This document shows positions 51,201 to 58,194 of a stretch of DNA of 64,000 nt, in pieces. The notes under the pieces were generated by a model. That model searched no databases. It was given only the letters and a program-made list of their open reading frames with translations, and was not told the origin of the DNA. Made by a program: the position numbers and the translations under genes. Source of the DNA: Antedon mediterranea. Taxonomy: Eukaryota; Animalia; Echinodermata. The stretch is from the NCBI RefSeq assembly GCF_964355755.1, contig NC_092670.1, forward strand, positions 40,970,388 through 41,034,387, given 5' to 3'. Positions within the stretch are counted from its first letter, which is position 1, and each line of letters opens with the position of its first letter.

Positions 51201-52901
51201 TATCATCATTTGGCAGTACTGCTAAATCCTCTACGAAAAAAAAAATGATGGTGAATATATATTTAATTCATCTAAGCTCTTGGTGGTTATGGTGCTTGGC
51301 TACCAATTCAAAGGTCTTGGGTTCAAGCCTTTCATGTCAGGATGTGTTTAATGACAATTTACAACTCCACTCCCAAAGACTTAAGGATCTTGTGTGTATG
51401 TTTATCTAAACAGGATTGTTCCTTTAAGGATATTGAATGAATTTGCTTATGGCTATCCTTGGCAATTTGCCTAAATGTATAAACAAAACTAAAGATGTAT
51501 AGGTGGAATGGAATACAGATAACCTTTTATAACTGAGAGCAACCACATACAATTAAAAACAAGAGAAAGTGGAATCTTTTAAAGATTGTTCCATTGTCTA
51601 AAAAAAAGAATCTTTCATTATTATTTATTATAGTAGAAATTCACAATACCTGTACTTGAAAGTATTTTGTAAATCTCAGGATTGCATAGTGATTGACAGA
51701 TCACATGCTTCATAGCTCCTCCCATTTTGCTGAGATCGTCCAATAGCTGTGACACTTGCGTGTATTGCTCTTTCATTACTTCTGTAAGTTTATAACTGCC
51801 GTTTCTTTCTGTAAACAATAATAAACAACAATTTTATAATATTTACAAATGAACTTTTACAAATGAACTTTTACAAAGACATTCAAAAGAAATGTGATGA
51901 ACATATATTTCACAATGCACAGACACAAGAATGATGTACCTGGTTGACAAAGTTTTCGTAATCGAAGAACAAAATGGTAGACAATTCTAGGAACAACCAA
52001 TTCAGCCATGGCAAGCAGATGAGCTGGTGGCTTCTGAACAGATCTTTTTCCAGGGACATGATTGCTGCAAAATCTAGAAAAATAGTTTTTAGGATTATGT
52101 TACTGAATAAATAAATTGCAAATTTTGTCTGAGCATTCACACCCAACTATTCATTAACTATCGTCAATAGTCGGTTAGGTTATCACACAAAGCCATCCTT
52201 GCACAATTTGAATTTGTGCAAATTTTTTGATTTTATATATATAATTTTCGGACTTGCAGTCACAATCCGACCTCATCACAGCACAGATGTTGATGATCAG
52301 ATGTCAAAGTCATTTGACGCTATTTTGACCAACCACATTACTCGTATTTATTTAGGCTATGAAATATTACTTGCTTGTCTCTTCATATAAGTTTTGACAG
52401 TTATAGACTAGAGAGGCCCTAAAAACACAATGATGCATACCCAGTATGTCGCATGGCATGAACATCTCCGCAATCACAAGCTCCTCCCGCATGACTACGG
52501 AACATATTGAAGTCATGACCAGTGTGATCACTATTGTGAAAACAATCTGAGCATATGGACATACAAGGGGTTACCCCACAAGTTCTACATCTGTAGGCCA
52601 CAAAGTTTGCAGTCCACACCAGGCCGCATCTTGACGCATCGTCGTACTTCAGTACCTCGCTCTTGAAATCATAGAACTCATTTCCTGCAGCTACTAAATA
52701 CCGATACCAAACAACACAATCCGTATCGTCATTTGTGTCTAGCAGACGATGTAAAAGAAGATTAATCTGTCTTTTAGCTAACTGAGGGGATACTTTTAAT
52801 TTTTTGTCGATGTGAATTGCTGCAAACTTAGGCCCTAGTTTGGCAATTCCGTCCACTTCGTCGTCGATCACCTCCGCCATATTTGTTGTTATTATTTTCA
52901 T
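83..52901 (-). CDS. UBR3: E3 ubiquitin-protein ligase UBR3-like, multi-exon gene (32 coding exons in window, 3' end beyond left edge)
   Basis: Manually spliced exons with consistent phases (5,157 nt in total): 52441-52901, 51940-52073, 51650-51808, 51114-51230, 50528-50661, 50087-50309, 49547-49735, 48814-49097, 47409-47501, 47059-47187, 46694-46746, 46455-46591, 45931-46016, 43973-44032, 43582-43748, 41969-42116, 41681-41776, 41421-41558, 40597-41165, 40157-40248, 39912-40064, 38664-38803, 36722-36841, 34649-34843, 33246-33343, 30620-30705, 27670-27852, 23958-24079, 1354-1452, 1043-1168, 586-738, 83-295. Motifs: UBR box ([17 protein letters not shown]...GGACDCGD), GMWIRNG, split RING (CVIC...[11 protein letters not shown]...[12 protein letters not shown]), and C-terminal LIQLPHDF...PALCLVCG. 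The start may be the ATG at 52901 or 52880. Confidence 0.95.
586..738 (-). CDS. UBR3: UBR3 exon 31
   Basis: [13 protein letters not shown]...ILKWCTEL. Confidence 0.87.
1043..1168 (-). CDS. UBR3: UBR3 exon 30
   Basis: VWTRGSI...[18 protein letters not shown]. Confidence 0.9.
1354..1452 (-). CDS. UBR3: UBR3 exon 29
   Basis: [20 protein letters not shown]. Confidence 0.85.
2518..2643. mobile_element. MITE family A (PIF/Harbinger-like; TIR AGCTCTGTCTACACTATCAAACT)
   Basis: Both TIRs present; 13 copies of the family in the window. Confidence 0.8.
3880..4075 (-). mobile_element. 3' UTR fragment of a LINE related to the 12.2-15.4 kb element
   Basis: Reverse complement shares GGTTCCCGTGTTGTCC...GCTGCC...CAAGCTTT...TTGCCCCT with 15230-15320. 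Confidence 0.75.
4532..4586. repeat. Perfect inverted repeat, 27-bp arms with 1-nt spacer
   Basis: CTCTCCATTGCTGCAAAAGTCGAACAG-C-CTGTTCGACTTTTGCAGCAATGGAGAG. Confidence 0.9.
8970..10976 (+). CDS. RING-less TRIM-like protein (B-box2, coiled coil, two filamin/ABP280 repeats; TRIM45-like architecture), nested in a UBR3 intron
   Basis: 668-aa uninterrupted ORF; B-box [36 protein letters not shown]; heptad-rich BBC region; filamin motifs TGPTG...[21 protein letters not shown] and GKYCVTY...[18 protein letters not shown]; AATAAA at ~11073. Confidence 0.88.
   Translation: MAFTPEEFQKIEGFFGSTQPRIGSRIRNGNKCIRHSIDSIYSLSTYDTEYETLSQLLDSSSRRAGQVFNDKFTVIDSVLKLSLMRRLRSLVKFSNASFTSSKFTSDSGFETACSHCVSPNYSEAADSDGDTSANLNDLLASNEFNGYDLCEEVKQHDYETTDECPVENIYQDPDLLMAGMDESNVYQDLNDVDFELTQSGESTNPMCFYQNSNSVHKSMLFDESGESMTSFSSTASGNNNLLDSITQAYMMCTLHKNQALTLFCSSHNCRVAACGVCAVEFHKGSHHKLIAISQIPKVQNEEDIEHLTHKIKDRRNFIQQSLRKMDTKGKQLNTNLTIIQKEVMKTFQNCRDVIDQREQEMLTEVSMSYRDLRSKIFDKRNEMKKSLVLLDERAPERSRTLGQTKQSRSKSQRMRNTLNELSMLEQKEKKEKIGVLGYIRNMNVFTNALKDLGNVVVLNRKPTMFIIDKGLALQGWLFKFKFELVNTDGHPVSELLTVALTGPTGQSLPTELTDNKDGTHTISFTPQTLGTYKLNPTVFGHSLFDKPIDIPVWVPTLVPEHHGSTRPYRVKVVAMDIDGCAQMFPPNLPFVAQFYRNQGEEVYCNLSYSEGKYCVTYNLRKQGDYRMNILLNDQHIMYSPMHVTYQTRPINKATIHSERKSHKKKNDR
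12192..15410 (+). mobile_element. CR1/L2-group (Crack/Daphne-like) non-LTR retrotransposon, 5'-truncated, intact ORF2 (APE endonuclease + RT)
   Basis: APE motifs HINSRSL, SETWL, GVIYRAP, LGDFNID, IDNI, SDHLP; RT motifs [41 protein letters not shown]; 3' UTR with AATAAA and (TTGA)n tail at 15385-15410. Confidence 0.95.
16201..16407. repeat. 18-bp minisatellite (~11.5 copies)
   Basis: Unit CCAGCTGATATCAAGGGG. Confidence 0.95.
19647..19906. mobile_element. Tc1/mariner-pogo-like MITE
   Basis: TACCGTACATCCCCGGGTATAAT...ATTATACCAGAGGATATACGGTA termini. Confidence 0.65.
19925..20041 (-). mobile_element. SINE head fragment
   Basis: Reverse complement GGAGCTGTAGCTTGGTGGTTAA...CAGGGTTCAATTC...ACAACTCCAC. 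Confidence 0.5.
20735..20867. mobile_element. MITE family A
   Basis: Both TIRs; internal ACTACCATATTTGGG motif. Confidence 0.85.
20920..21786. mobile_element. Non-autonomous DNA element with terminal palindrome and internal inverted repeat (Crypton-like)
   Basis: 36-bp arms (2 mismatches) at 20926-21030; TATTACATAGCC (21058-21069) / GGCTATGTAATA (21773-21784); CpG-rich relative to flanks. Confidence 0.5.
22543..22637. mobile_element. MITE family A (partial)
   Basis: Internal motif plus right TIR. Confidence 0.7.
23330..23655. repeat. 33-bp minisatellite within a ~93-bp duplication
   Basis: Unit ATTCATAGGTCTATAACATTCAAAGGTCCATCA. Confidence 0.9.
23702..23864. mobile_element. MITE family A
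   Basis: Both TIRs; ~21-bp internal tandem repeats. Confidence 0.85.
23958..24079 (-). CDS. UBR3: UBR3 exon 28
   Basis: [34 protein letters not shown]. Confidence 0.9.
24223..24305. mobile_element. MITE family A (partial)
   Basis: Left TIR plus internal motif. Confidence 0.7.
25500..25657. mobile_element. MITE family A
   Basis: Degenerate left TIR, intact right TIR. Confidence 0.8.
26395..27318 (+). CDS. Intronless rhodopsin-like (class A) GPCR, orphan/chemosensory-like, nested in a UBR3 intron
   Basis: 307 aa, 7 hydrophobic segments; [35 protein letters not shown], helix-8 KEFRK, C-terminal CC. Confidence 0.9.
   Translation: MENSFQNISLQDFFDSDSYWYYSMLIYASQSSVYAILLKIFGLFAIFGNLFVMLVIISTKTLHTPSNFLLCNLAVIDFTTGTLMVIMSEYVSVDYLTEFTILGTIAIVCLSTSLLNLFYVGLDRILTLSFPMKYLNIRDEVKTRLFITATWIGGILQTFLYMSTPESDIVECEGLVYNMTTDDVILLAIWGATETATVSINIKVYFIALKQARQIAVSQNRQKSTVNIKAVKSTMLMLAVFILCYFPCFMFEISLYYCYNSGLTQSIALLIAFSGCNINPIIHILQRKEFRKKIVQFINKCNFSRCC
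27410..27570 (-). mobile_element. Deu-domain SINE fragment
   Basis: Reverse complement GTCCTTCAGATGGGACG...GGTCCTGTG...GCATGTTAAAGAACTTGGTACACTATTCGCAAAGAGTAGG. Confidence 0.65.
27670..27852 (-). CDS. UBR3: UBR3 exon 27
   Basis: MLLHGIRA...[22 protein letters not shown]. Confidence 0.85.
28534..28712. mobile_element. MITE family B (Harbinger-like, long palindromic arms; degraded relatives at ~4085-4185, 36062-36220, 42378-42519)
   Basis: AGCTTGGTTTCCACTAG..ACGCAAGGACGTAA...TTACGTCCTTG..CTAGTGGAAACCACGCT. Confidence 0.8.
28740..29100. repeat. ~110-130-bp tandem repeat, 3 copies
   Basis: GTTAACATCTATTCAGTTAAATATATA...CAAGACCCAAATGAGAA repeated. Confidence 0.85.
29870..30086. repeat. Compound (GTAA)n / GTAAGTATTAT microsatellite
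   Basis: Direct inspection. Confidence 0.95.
30620..30705 (-). CDS. UBR3: UBR3 exon 26
   Basis: [13 protein letters not shown]...KRSCV. Confidence 0.9.
30999..31600. repeat. 97-bp minisatellite (~5-6 copies, degenerate at the ends)
   Basis: Period 97 (ATG at 31067, 31164, 31261, 31358). Confidence 0.92.
33059..33201. mobile_element. MITE family A (degraded)
   Basis: TACACTATTAAACTAGTTTG...AGTTTGATAGTGTAAACAAAGCT. Confidence 0.7.
33246..33343 (-). CDS. UBR3: UBR3 exon 25
   Basis: [32 protein letters not shown]; supplies the required phase 0-2. Confidence 0.78.
33486..33802 (+). mobile_element. tRNA-derived SINE with Deu/Nin-like central domain
   Basis: A box TGGCCGAGCGG, B box GGTTCGAGGCC; core TCGGATAAGGACTATAAACCGTAGGTCC...GCACTTTAAAGAACC...GAGTAGGGG...CCCCGGTGT; A-rich tail. 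Confidence 0.85.
33815..34119. repeat. ~73-bp GC-rich minisatellite (~4 copies)
   Basis: GGCCCTGGAGTTTATGGGGCCCCTGAGCAGTGCC...CAGGCATAAAAAA repeated. Confidence 0.9.
34474..34611. mobile_element. MITE family A
   Basis: Internal 21-bp repeats plus right TIR. Confidence 0.75.
34649..34843 (-). CDS. UBR3: UBR3 exon 24 (RING end)
   Basis: [17 protein letters not shown]. Confidence 0.93.
35823..35985. mobile_element. MITE family A
   Basis: Both TIRs. Confidence 0.82.
36350..36562. repeat. Two adjacent short tandem duplications (~42 bp x2 and ~49 bp x2)
   Basis: AACAACTGTACATGACCGAGAGTAGTCCCAGTGGGCCTGTGT x2; AAAGCATTCCTAATACTTATCTATTATAATTGCCAA x2. Confidence 0.85.
36722..36841 (-). CDS. UBR3: UBR3 exon 23 (RING)
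   Basis: [22 protein letters not shown]. Confidence 0.93.
38664..38803 (-). CDS. UBR3: UBR3 exon 22
   Basis: VLNHRS...[11 protein letters not shown]; phase 1-0. Confidence 0.85.
39089..39858. repeat. 48-bp minisatellite, 16 apparently identical copies
   Basis: Unit TTGATATGTAATTGTGATGTAAGACCACTTCACATGGTAGTAGGCCTA. Confidence 0.97.
39912..40064 (-). CDS. UBR3: UBR3 exon 21 (RING, first Cys pair)
   Basis: [24 protein letters not shown]. Confidence 0.92.
40157..40248 (-). CDS. UBR3: UBR3 exon 20 (basic region preceding the RING)
   Basis: [23 protein letters not shown]. Confidence 0.92.
40455..40573. mobile_element. MITE family A
   Basis: Both TIRs; ~25 bp from the exon 19 donor. Confidence 0.8.
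40597..41165 (-). CDS. UBR3: UBR3 exon 19 (acidic tract; [12 protein letters not shown]; [12 protein letters not shown])
   Basis: Open frame between an AG acceptor (41167-41166) and a GT donor (40596); UBR3-like ESILSLLIKL and GDGPFFI-type motifs. Confidence 0.9.
41421..41558 (-). CDS. UBR3: UBR3 exon 18
   Basis: [17 protein letters not shown]. Confidence 0.87.
41681..41776 (-). CDS. UBR3: UBR3 exon 17
   Basis: [24 protein letters not shown]. Confidence 0.85.
41969..42116 (-). CDS. UBR3: UBR3 exon 16
   Basis: LWPAYQPL...[17 protein letters not shown]. Confidence 0.9.
42146..42240. mobile_element. MITE family A (partial)
   Basis: Internal motif plus right TIR. Confidence 0.7.
42520..43555. 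repeat. 44-bp minisatellite (~23.5 copies)
   Basis: Unit TGCAACAATGAAGTGATATGTGCCACAAGGACAAGCCATGTTGA. Confidence 0.97.
43582..43748 (-). CDS. UBR3: UBR3 exon 15
   Basis: VADFKDP...[20 protein letters not shown]...[11 protein letters not shown]. Confidence 0.92.
43973..44032 (-). CDS. UBR3: UBR3 exon 14
   Basis: [20 protein letters not shown]; AC acceptor, GT donor. Confidence 0.88.
44033..45930 (-). other. U12-type (minor spliceosome) AT-AC intron
   Basis: 5' end ATATCCTTT at 45930; branch-like TCCTTAAAT about 10-17 nt upstream of terminal AC (44034-44033); joining gives in-frame LLDQ|IPERSE. Confidence 0.9.
44185..45867. repeat. 73-bp minisatellite (~23 copies) inside the AT-AC intron
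   Basis: Unit ACTAACACACCTGTAACAGTAAACAGTAAGTCTAACCCTGAATGCAGGTGTAGATGGTACTTCATTTGACTGT. Confidence 0.97.
45931..46016 (-). CDS. UBR3: UBR3 exon 13 (followed by a U12 AT-AC intron)
   Basis: [28 protein letters not shown], then donor ATATCCTTT. Confidence 0.9.
46455..46591 (-). CDS. UBR3: UBR3 exon 12
   Basis: YHVLDYLSL...[20 protein letters not shown]. Confidence 0.9.
46694..46746 (-). CDS. UBR3: UBR3 exon 11
   Basis: [18 protein letters not shown]; phase 0-2. Confidence 0.85.
46960..47054 (-). mobile_element. Degraded Deu-domain SINE fragment abutting the UBR3 exon 10 donor
   Basis: Shares GAATAGTGTACCAAGTTCTTTAAC and GTCTCATCAGAAGGAC-like blocks with 27489-27560. Confidence 0.55.
47059..47187 (-). 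CDS. UBR3: UBR3 exon 10
   Basis: [39 protein letters not shown] (UBR-family WxRNG motif). Confidence 0.95.
47260..47390. mobile_element. MITE family A
   Basis: Both TIRs. Confidence 0.82.
47409..47501 (-). CDS. UBR3: UBR3 exon 9
   Basis: [11 protein letters not shown]; AG/GT boundaries, phase 0-0. Confidence 0.88.
47777..48561. repeat. 72-bp minisatellite (~11 copies)
   Basis: Unit AACCAATGGGGAGGCTGAGAAAGTATGCACCAAAATACATTAAAACATACCCATGTTAAGGGACAAACCAAC. Confidence 0.97.
48814..49097 (-). CDS. UBR3: UBR3 exon 8
   Basis: [15 protein letters not shown]...[17 protein letters not shown]...[13 protein letters not shown]. Confidence 0.92.
49198..49525 (-). mobile_element. Degraded tRNA-derived SINE interrupted by a MITE
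   Basis: B-box-like GGGTTCGAATCC (reverse complement); body ACAACTCCAC...AGGATAGTGAATGAATTCGCCTATGGTTATCCTTG matches the copy at 51275-51462. Confidence 0.55.
49283..49442. mobile_element. MITE family A
   Basis: Both TIRs; inserted inside a SINE. Confidence 0.82.
49547..49735 (-). CDS. UBR3: UBR3 exon 7
   Basis: [31 protein letters not shown]. Confidence 0.92.
50087..50309 (-). CDS. UBR3: UBR3 exon 6
   Basis: [12 protein letters not shown]...[14 protein letters not shown]. Confidence 0.92.
50437..50505. mobile_element. Tigger/pogo-like MITE (relatives at ~36215-36320, 48548-48726, 60760-60866)
   Basis: TACAG..AACCTCTATTAAG...CCCCTAATAGGGTTCTACTGTA termini. Confidence 0.6.
50528..50661 (-). 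CDS. UBR3: UBR3 exon 5
   Basis: [35 protein letters not shown]. Confidence 0.92.
51114..51230 (-). CDS. UBR3: UBR3 exon 4
   Basis: [30 protein letters not shown]; AG/GT boundaries, phase 1-1. Confidence 0.82.
51275..51462 (+). mobile_element. Degraded tRNA-derived SINE
   Basis: TGGTGGTTATGGTGCTTGGC...GGGTTCAAGCC head; body related to 49198-49525 and 19925-20041. Confidence 0.5.
51650..51808 (-). CDS. UBR3: UBR3 exon 3
   Basis: [20 protein letters not shown]; AG/GT boundaries, phase 1-1. Confidence 0.88.
51940..52073 (-). CDS. UBR3: UBR3 exon 2
   Basis: (G)[29 protein letters not shown] completes the UBR box; AG/GT boundaries. Confidence 0.9.
52441..52901 (-). CDS. UBR3: UBR3 exon 1 (UBR-box zinc finger)
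   Basis: [55 protein letters not shown]; GT donor at 52440. Confidence 0.95.
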
Positions 52902-53889
52902 ACTGAGCGCCACCAACGAATAATAAATTGGTACTCACTTTTGTAAACACGAAATATCTAATAGTGTATTTTAATAATAAGAAAACATAGCATTTCTATT
53001 AAAACCATGCAAAACTAATTAAACATGTTACTCTAAAATATAGATTCAATAATACTATAGCACAAAACAACATTTACAAAATACACAGCAATGAAGAATA
53101 CTCAAATTATATTTACTCTTAAAACTTTACTCTTACTTTATATTATTAGAATTAGACCTAGGCTACATTATGATAAAAATAAATGTATCAATATGTTGGT
53201 ATGAAATATACCATTTTTAGGAACAAAATCGGTGACCGTGTTTCACCGCCCCTATATGATATTCTTCGTTCAATTTGTGTTAAGTAAATCTATTCTTAGT
53301 AATGCAAATGATTTATTTTTCTTTGTAAGATTATTATTTTAAATTGTTCGTGGATTATATTATTTGGAATACCAGGCACTCCCCATTTTGAAAGCAAAAA
53401 TAAAATTATAAACTACTTTTGATATAAATTGACACACTATAATATAGAGAGATATCTATTCACCAATACCGTAAAATCGTATTATTCATTATTTCGTCAC
53501 ATATGAAAATACATCAAAAAAGGCGTTCCCAGTTTAAAATGCAAAATCTCGTATACCATACAAACCACAGAAACAAATGTGATGCAGTTTAATATGATTT
53601 AAAACCTTTTTTGTTTTATAAGAAATTGGCGTAAATAAATATATAGGCCTACATAATTCATTGAATTCCATGCATGAATCCATCCATCGCCCCCGGCCTT
53701 TATTTTAATAAATACGGTAAATAAATAGTTTTACAATAATGCTATCGTAAATTGGCAATACTTATTAATCTATCAAGAAAGAGAGGCTAATATTTGCATT
53801 GCATGTTAGGGCCTATAGCCTACAATTAAATTAATTTTTATTGGATGCCAGTAATAAAAGATAAGCAGGTTATCTATGAGGCTAATTCT

Positions 53890-54345
53890 CATCCAGAACC
53901 TATCGTGGCAAACTCTTGAAGAGAAACGAGATTTCTCCCTAGCATGTCTAATGTATAAATGTGTTTACGGCCTTGCACCAATTAGATTAGTAAATGAAAT
54001 TGAATTGATTCGCGATATTCACACCCACTTAACACGTGGAGTAGAAAATTTGAATGTAACAATACCTAAATACACCCTTAGTAAAATGAATTCGTCCTTT
54101 AAAGTTGCAGGCGCAAAAATATGGAACAATTTACCAATTAATATTAAATCGGCACCAACAATTACGTCCTTTAAGGCTAGATACAAATCTCATTTCTTTT
54201 CATAAAAAAACTGACATGTATTATATTTAATTAAGTTTCTCTTTTGTATATTTTGATTAAGACAGGACCACAATGTAAAACAGATACACTGTTATCTGAT
54301 TGTTTTATCCTGTATAAATATATTATTTATTATTATTATTATTAT
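53890..54345 (+). mobile_element. 5'-truncated L2-type LINE 3' end
   Basis: ORF2 C-terminus LSWQTLEEKR...MYKCVYGLAP...TR...SFKVAGAKIWNNLP...SFK; 3' stem ACAGGA...TCCTGT; (ATT)n tail. Confidence 0.85.
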
Positions 54346-54473
54346 GAGTTGTTTCTGTTGTTAGACTGCCTTGGTCAAACAAAATGATGACTATACGTTT
54401 AAACGATAAGAGAAAATGTGATTATGGGAAAAGGTAATCAGAAAACAATCGTATCAGGAAGACTTTGTTCTAC

Positions 54474-54496
54474 CATGGAGGAATATTTTCTCCATG
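54474..54496. mobile_element. 23-bp palindromic insertion with 7-bp target-site duplication
   Basis: CATGGAGGAATATTTTCTCCATG flanked on both sides by GTTCTAC. Confidence 0.6.
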
Positions 54497-56497
54497 GTTC
54501 TACCAACATGCAAACAAATGATTTATATGTAGCTGAACAAGATTAATCCCGTCATCAGTGAGTCCCCTAAATGTTCAAGGAATTCCAATTTAGTGAAAGG
54601 TAACACTTACACTCGAATGTAAAGAACTGCAACAAATGTCCATGCTTTAATTGTATTTTTAAAGATCACCACAAATCAATGTAACCTATTGCTGATAATA
54701 ACGGTATATTGATTGTAATAAATCATTAATTGCTGTTGATTGTGATATATAATCTCTTCTTTCATCGTTGGTATAATTAAATTGATAATTAGTTGCGTAA
54801 TTAGTCGCGTGCAAACGCTCACCATGTTTATGGGTCGGTCGGTCGATCGGCAAACACTTGCGTACGCAACTGCAGCCATGTATATATGGCATTGTTATTG
54901 GATAATAATAGATAAAGGAATTGTCTATTGAGGTTAAATCAACGTTGAGCCTTGCGCTTCTAAGCATTCCACGAACAATAATAATAATAATAATAATTTA
55001 TTTGGAGATTACACTTTTACAACAGTGGCACCCGACCAAATGGAAGGTGCATCCAAGAGAAATGTACAAAAAAAAACCAACATGATATAGAAAGTAACAA
55101 TTACAATAAAAAGTCGACGTAGGTCAAAATGTCAAAACAATTCAACTACAGTAACTACAATACCATTGATAATTAACACTACAGCAGCAGGAAACCCACT
55201 GACACCTACAGTAAAAATACAAAATTACAAGAAATAGGCCTAAACAATAATAGAATAGGTAGGAACTGTACAATATAAAATGAATTGGGCAACAACAATG
55301 TAGACCTAACACTATAATGAGATAGATATCAATCATTTAGTTTGATTGATATGAACATTACTCGCCTAGAACATTACATCTGTGTGTCCATGCTCTTTTA
55401 ACATAGTGCTTACAGTAACAATCAAAGACATTTGATATGGAATCGACGTCATACATAATGATAGTAGTTATCAGTTCCACCTAATACAAGATTTAATTTG
55501 GTGTTCAGGTCACCAAAGATAAAATTTTCCCATACATAGCTAAATGATTGATATCGATTAACATATATACTAATTTGGTATATTCTTCAATCCTTATGCC
55601 ATTGAGTTGGTTACATGTGAATAGAAAATGTTGAATGTCTTCTAAACCATTCTTACACATTTTACAGATACCATCATATTCAGGAAGTCACTTACAACTC
55701 CTGTGACCTAAAGGAAGGGTGTTAGATAGAACGTAGTTTGAATTTGAGGCTAGATCCTAGAAAGTCTGTACATCAATCCAATAAATATTTTTAAAGGCAC
55801 GGATTAGACTTAATAAGAGAGTATGTCTGGAGTGACGATTTTCTTCAATAAACAAATATTAAAGACTGTTGTTTACTAACCCTTAGTTCCCATTACATTG
55901 CAACACACTGGCTTATCTGCATTAGAAGTGTAGCATTCCAGCAGTACATTAATAAGAAACTTTGTATAACAATATAAACAAAAGAATTCCATCACATTAA
56001 GAACCTTTGTATGACATTAACAATACAAACAAATATAAACGACTGTTTATTGACCAATCATGAGGGAGAAACAGCCATTTTAACGACTAGATAATTGTAA
56101 ATATCATAATACACAGAATACAAAAACGCTTTCCATTTTAATCATTTATAAGAAACATTGTAACAAAACAAACAAATAATTTGTTATAATAGTAAGTTGA
56201 ACACGATTTCGGCGCATTTGACGACGGAACGAAGCCAGCATAGCTCATAATAACTCATTCAACAATTTCACGACGAAAACATTGAAGAATAATTCTGTGA
56301 AGAACACTGATCTGCATGTAAAATAATGAGTTTGTTTACTGATATAAAGTTAAAGATATATGTATTTTTTGGTAATATTATATTTATTTTTTGAATACCG
56401 ATATGCCATTTTAATGTCACTTAATAGTTTAATTATTCACTTTGACCAAAAATTGGACGAAGCAAAAATGATTTTCTTGAAAACTGTAATTTAAAGC

Positions 56498-57297
56498 AAC
56501 AAGGCCAACAGCCATTAAGTCGCGTGCTACAATGCATAGTGATACCGGACCGACAGACAGACCGACAGACAGACCGACAGACCGACAGACAGACAGACCG
56601 ACCGACCGACATAGTGAACTATACTGACCGAAATTACTGAACATGTTTAAAAATGTTGAAATGTTTAAAAACATTTATATTTTTTTAATTTACACGTGCG
56701 TATAGCCTGTCACTTTTGACGTGCTCGTATAACGTAATTTCGAGTTGAAAAGTAGGTCAAGAAAACAGAAATCGGGCAAAAAGAGTGCGCAATAACATTT
56801 AACGCGCAGTGCGCGCGCAAAAATATGCGCACTCATGGAAGTTTTGTAAACGCTTAAAATTGCCTGAAACGTACTCTTATTTCATAGAAAATAAATTGTG
56901 AAAATTTTAGGCGCGCGTACGCATGCGTTACATGCGCTACGCACGTAATTGTATTGCCATATGATGATTTATGCCCTGAAATTTATGAGTACCAAATTTT
57001 ATTTAATTGTGATTCATGGTTGTGAAGATATGATTACAAACGTGATTTCGTTAAATCGTGCGTAGACCGCGTAATTTTTTATTGCGCAACGTGAAAACAT
57101 AACCACATCGATTCCTGGCCATAAGGAATATACTGTGAAAAATTGACCTAGCTAGATTAAACTGATATCAAGATAAGGTCAGAAAGCGATAAAACGCATA
57201 GTGATACCGGACCGACAGACCGACAGACAGATCGACAGACCGACAGACCGACCGACCGACATAGTGAACTATAGAGTCGCTTCCACGCGACTAAAAA
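56498..57297. mobile_element. Helentron-associated (HINE/DINE-1-like) non-autonomous element; fragments at ~54800-54896 and 63245-63337
   Basis: (GACA/GACC)n microsatellites, terminal stem-loop AGTCGC-TTCCAC-GCGACT followed by an A-run. Confidence 0.65.
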
Positions 57298-58194
57298 GAT
57301 TTTTGGTTAAATAAAAACTTTTTATAAGTTAGTTGTTCACGTTTTTTTCTCGGAAGTGATTAATTTTTGTCGAAACTACAAAATGTTCATTTTTCATGTT
57401 TTTTTTCGGGAACAATACCTTTTTAAAAGTTACGATTATAAGTGATTATTGTTTTTTCTTTCGTTGATTGTTTTTAAGCCACGGCAGTGCAGTAATTGTT
57501 ATGTTCATAGTACATTAATGTACATTAAAGTTCGCATTGTTTATTGCGTATATATAAATGGTGCTTAACTAATCTCCTGAATACTTAGGCCTACAGTATA
57601 TATTTTCAATGTAAAAACAGTTTGTTTGTACTAGGCAAATAATCTATTAACTGTTAATTTTTTTAAACGAGTGACGATAGTGGCTTCACCCAAATATAAT
57701 GATCTGTAATTATAAATAATAGTGAATGATAATCCATATTATTTGCTTGGTGATAATAAATGGCAATAGTTATAAAGAAAATAAAATCAAGGATGGGCCA
57801 ATGAGTGCGGTTGAAAGATAGAGCGGACCTTGTGCAAGACCAAAGAGCACCACCAGAAGAGAACAATACAACATCGAACCAGCTTGAAGTTGACCAGCAG
57901 TACACCGGCGGTAAGTCGTACCAAGACCAAGGGGACCGAATGAGCAGACACAAAGCACGTAGATCTGCACCGCACCGACCGGCAGCTGCACCACCACCAG
58001 CCACCACCGCCTCAACCAATGGGTAACGGAGCACTACCAATAAATACTGGATACCAGAATGTACAATTTGCAACAACATGTACCATCACCGCCTAAAAAC
58101 TCAGATGCACCGGCGTACGTACCAACCACAGATGACCGACCAGGATTACAGACAAGATACAGACTATGACGAACATATAACATATTAGAAAGGA

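Noticed and set aside
54530-55790. Short AG...GT-bounded segments that might be exons of a divergent transcript
   Set aside because: No sustained reading frame or homology; cannot be supported without RNA data
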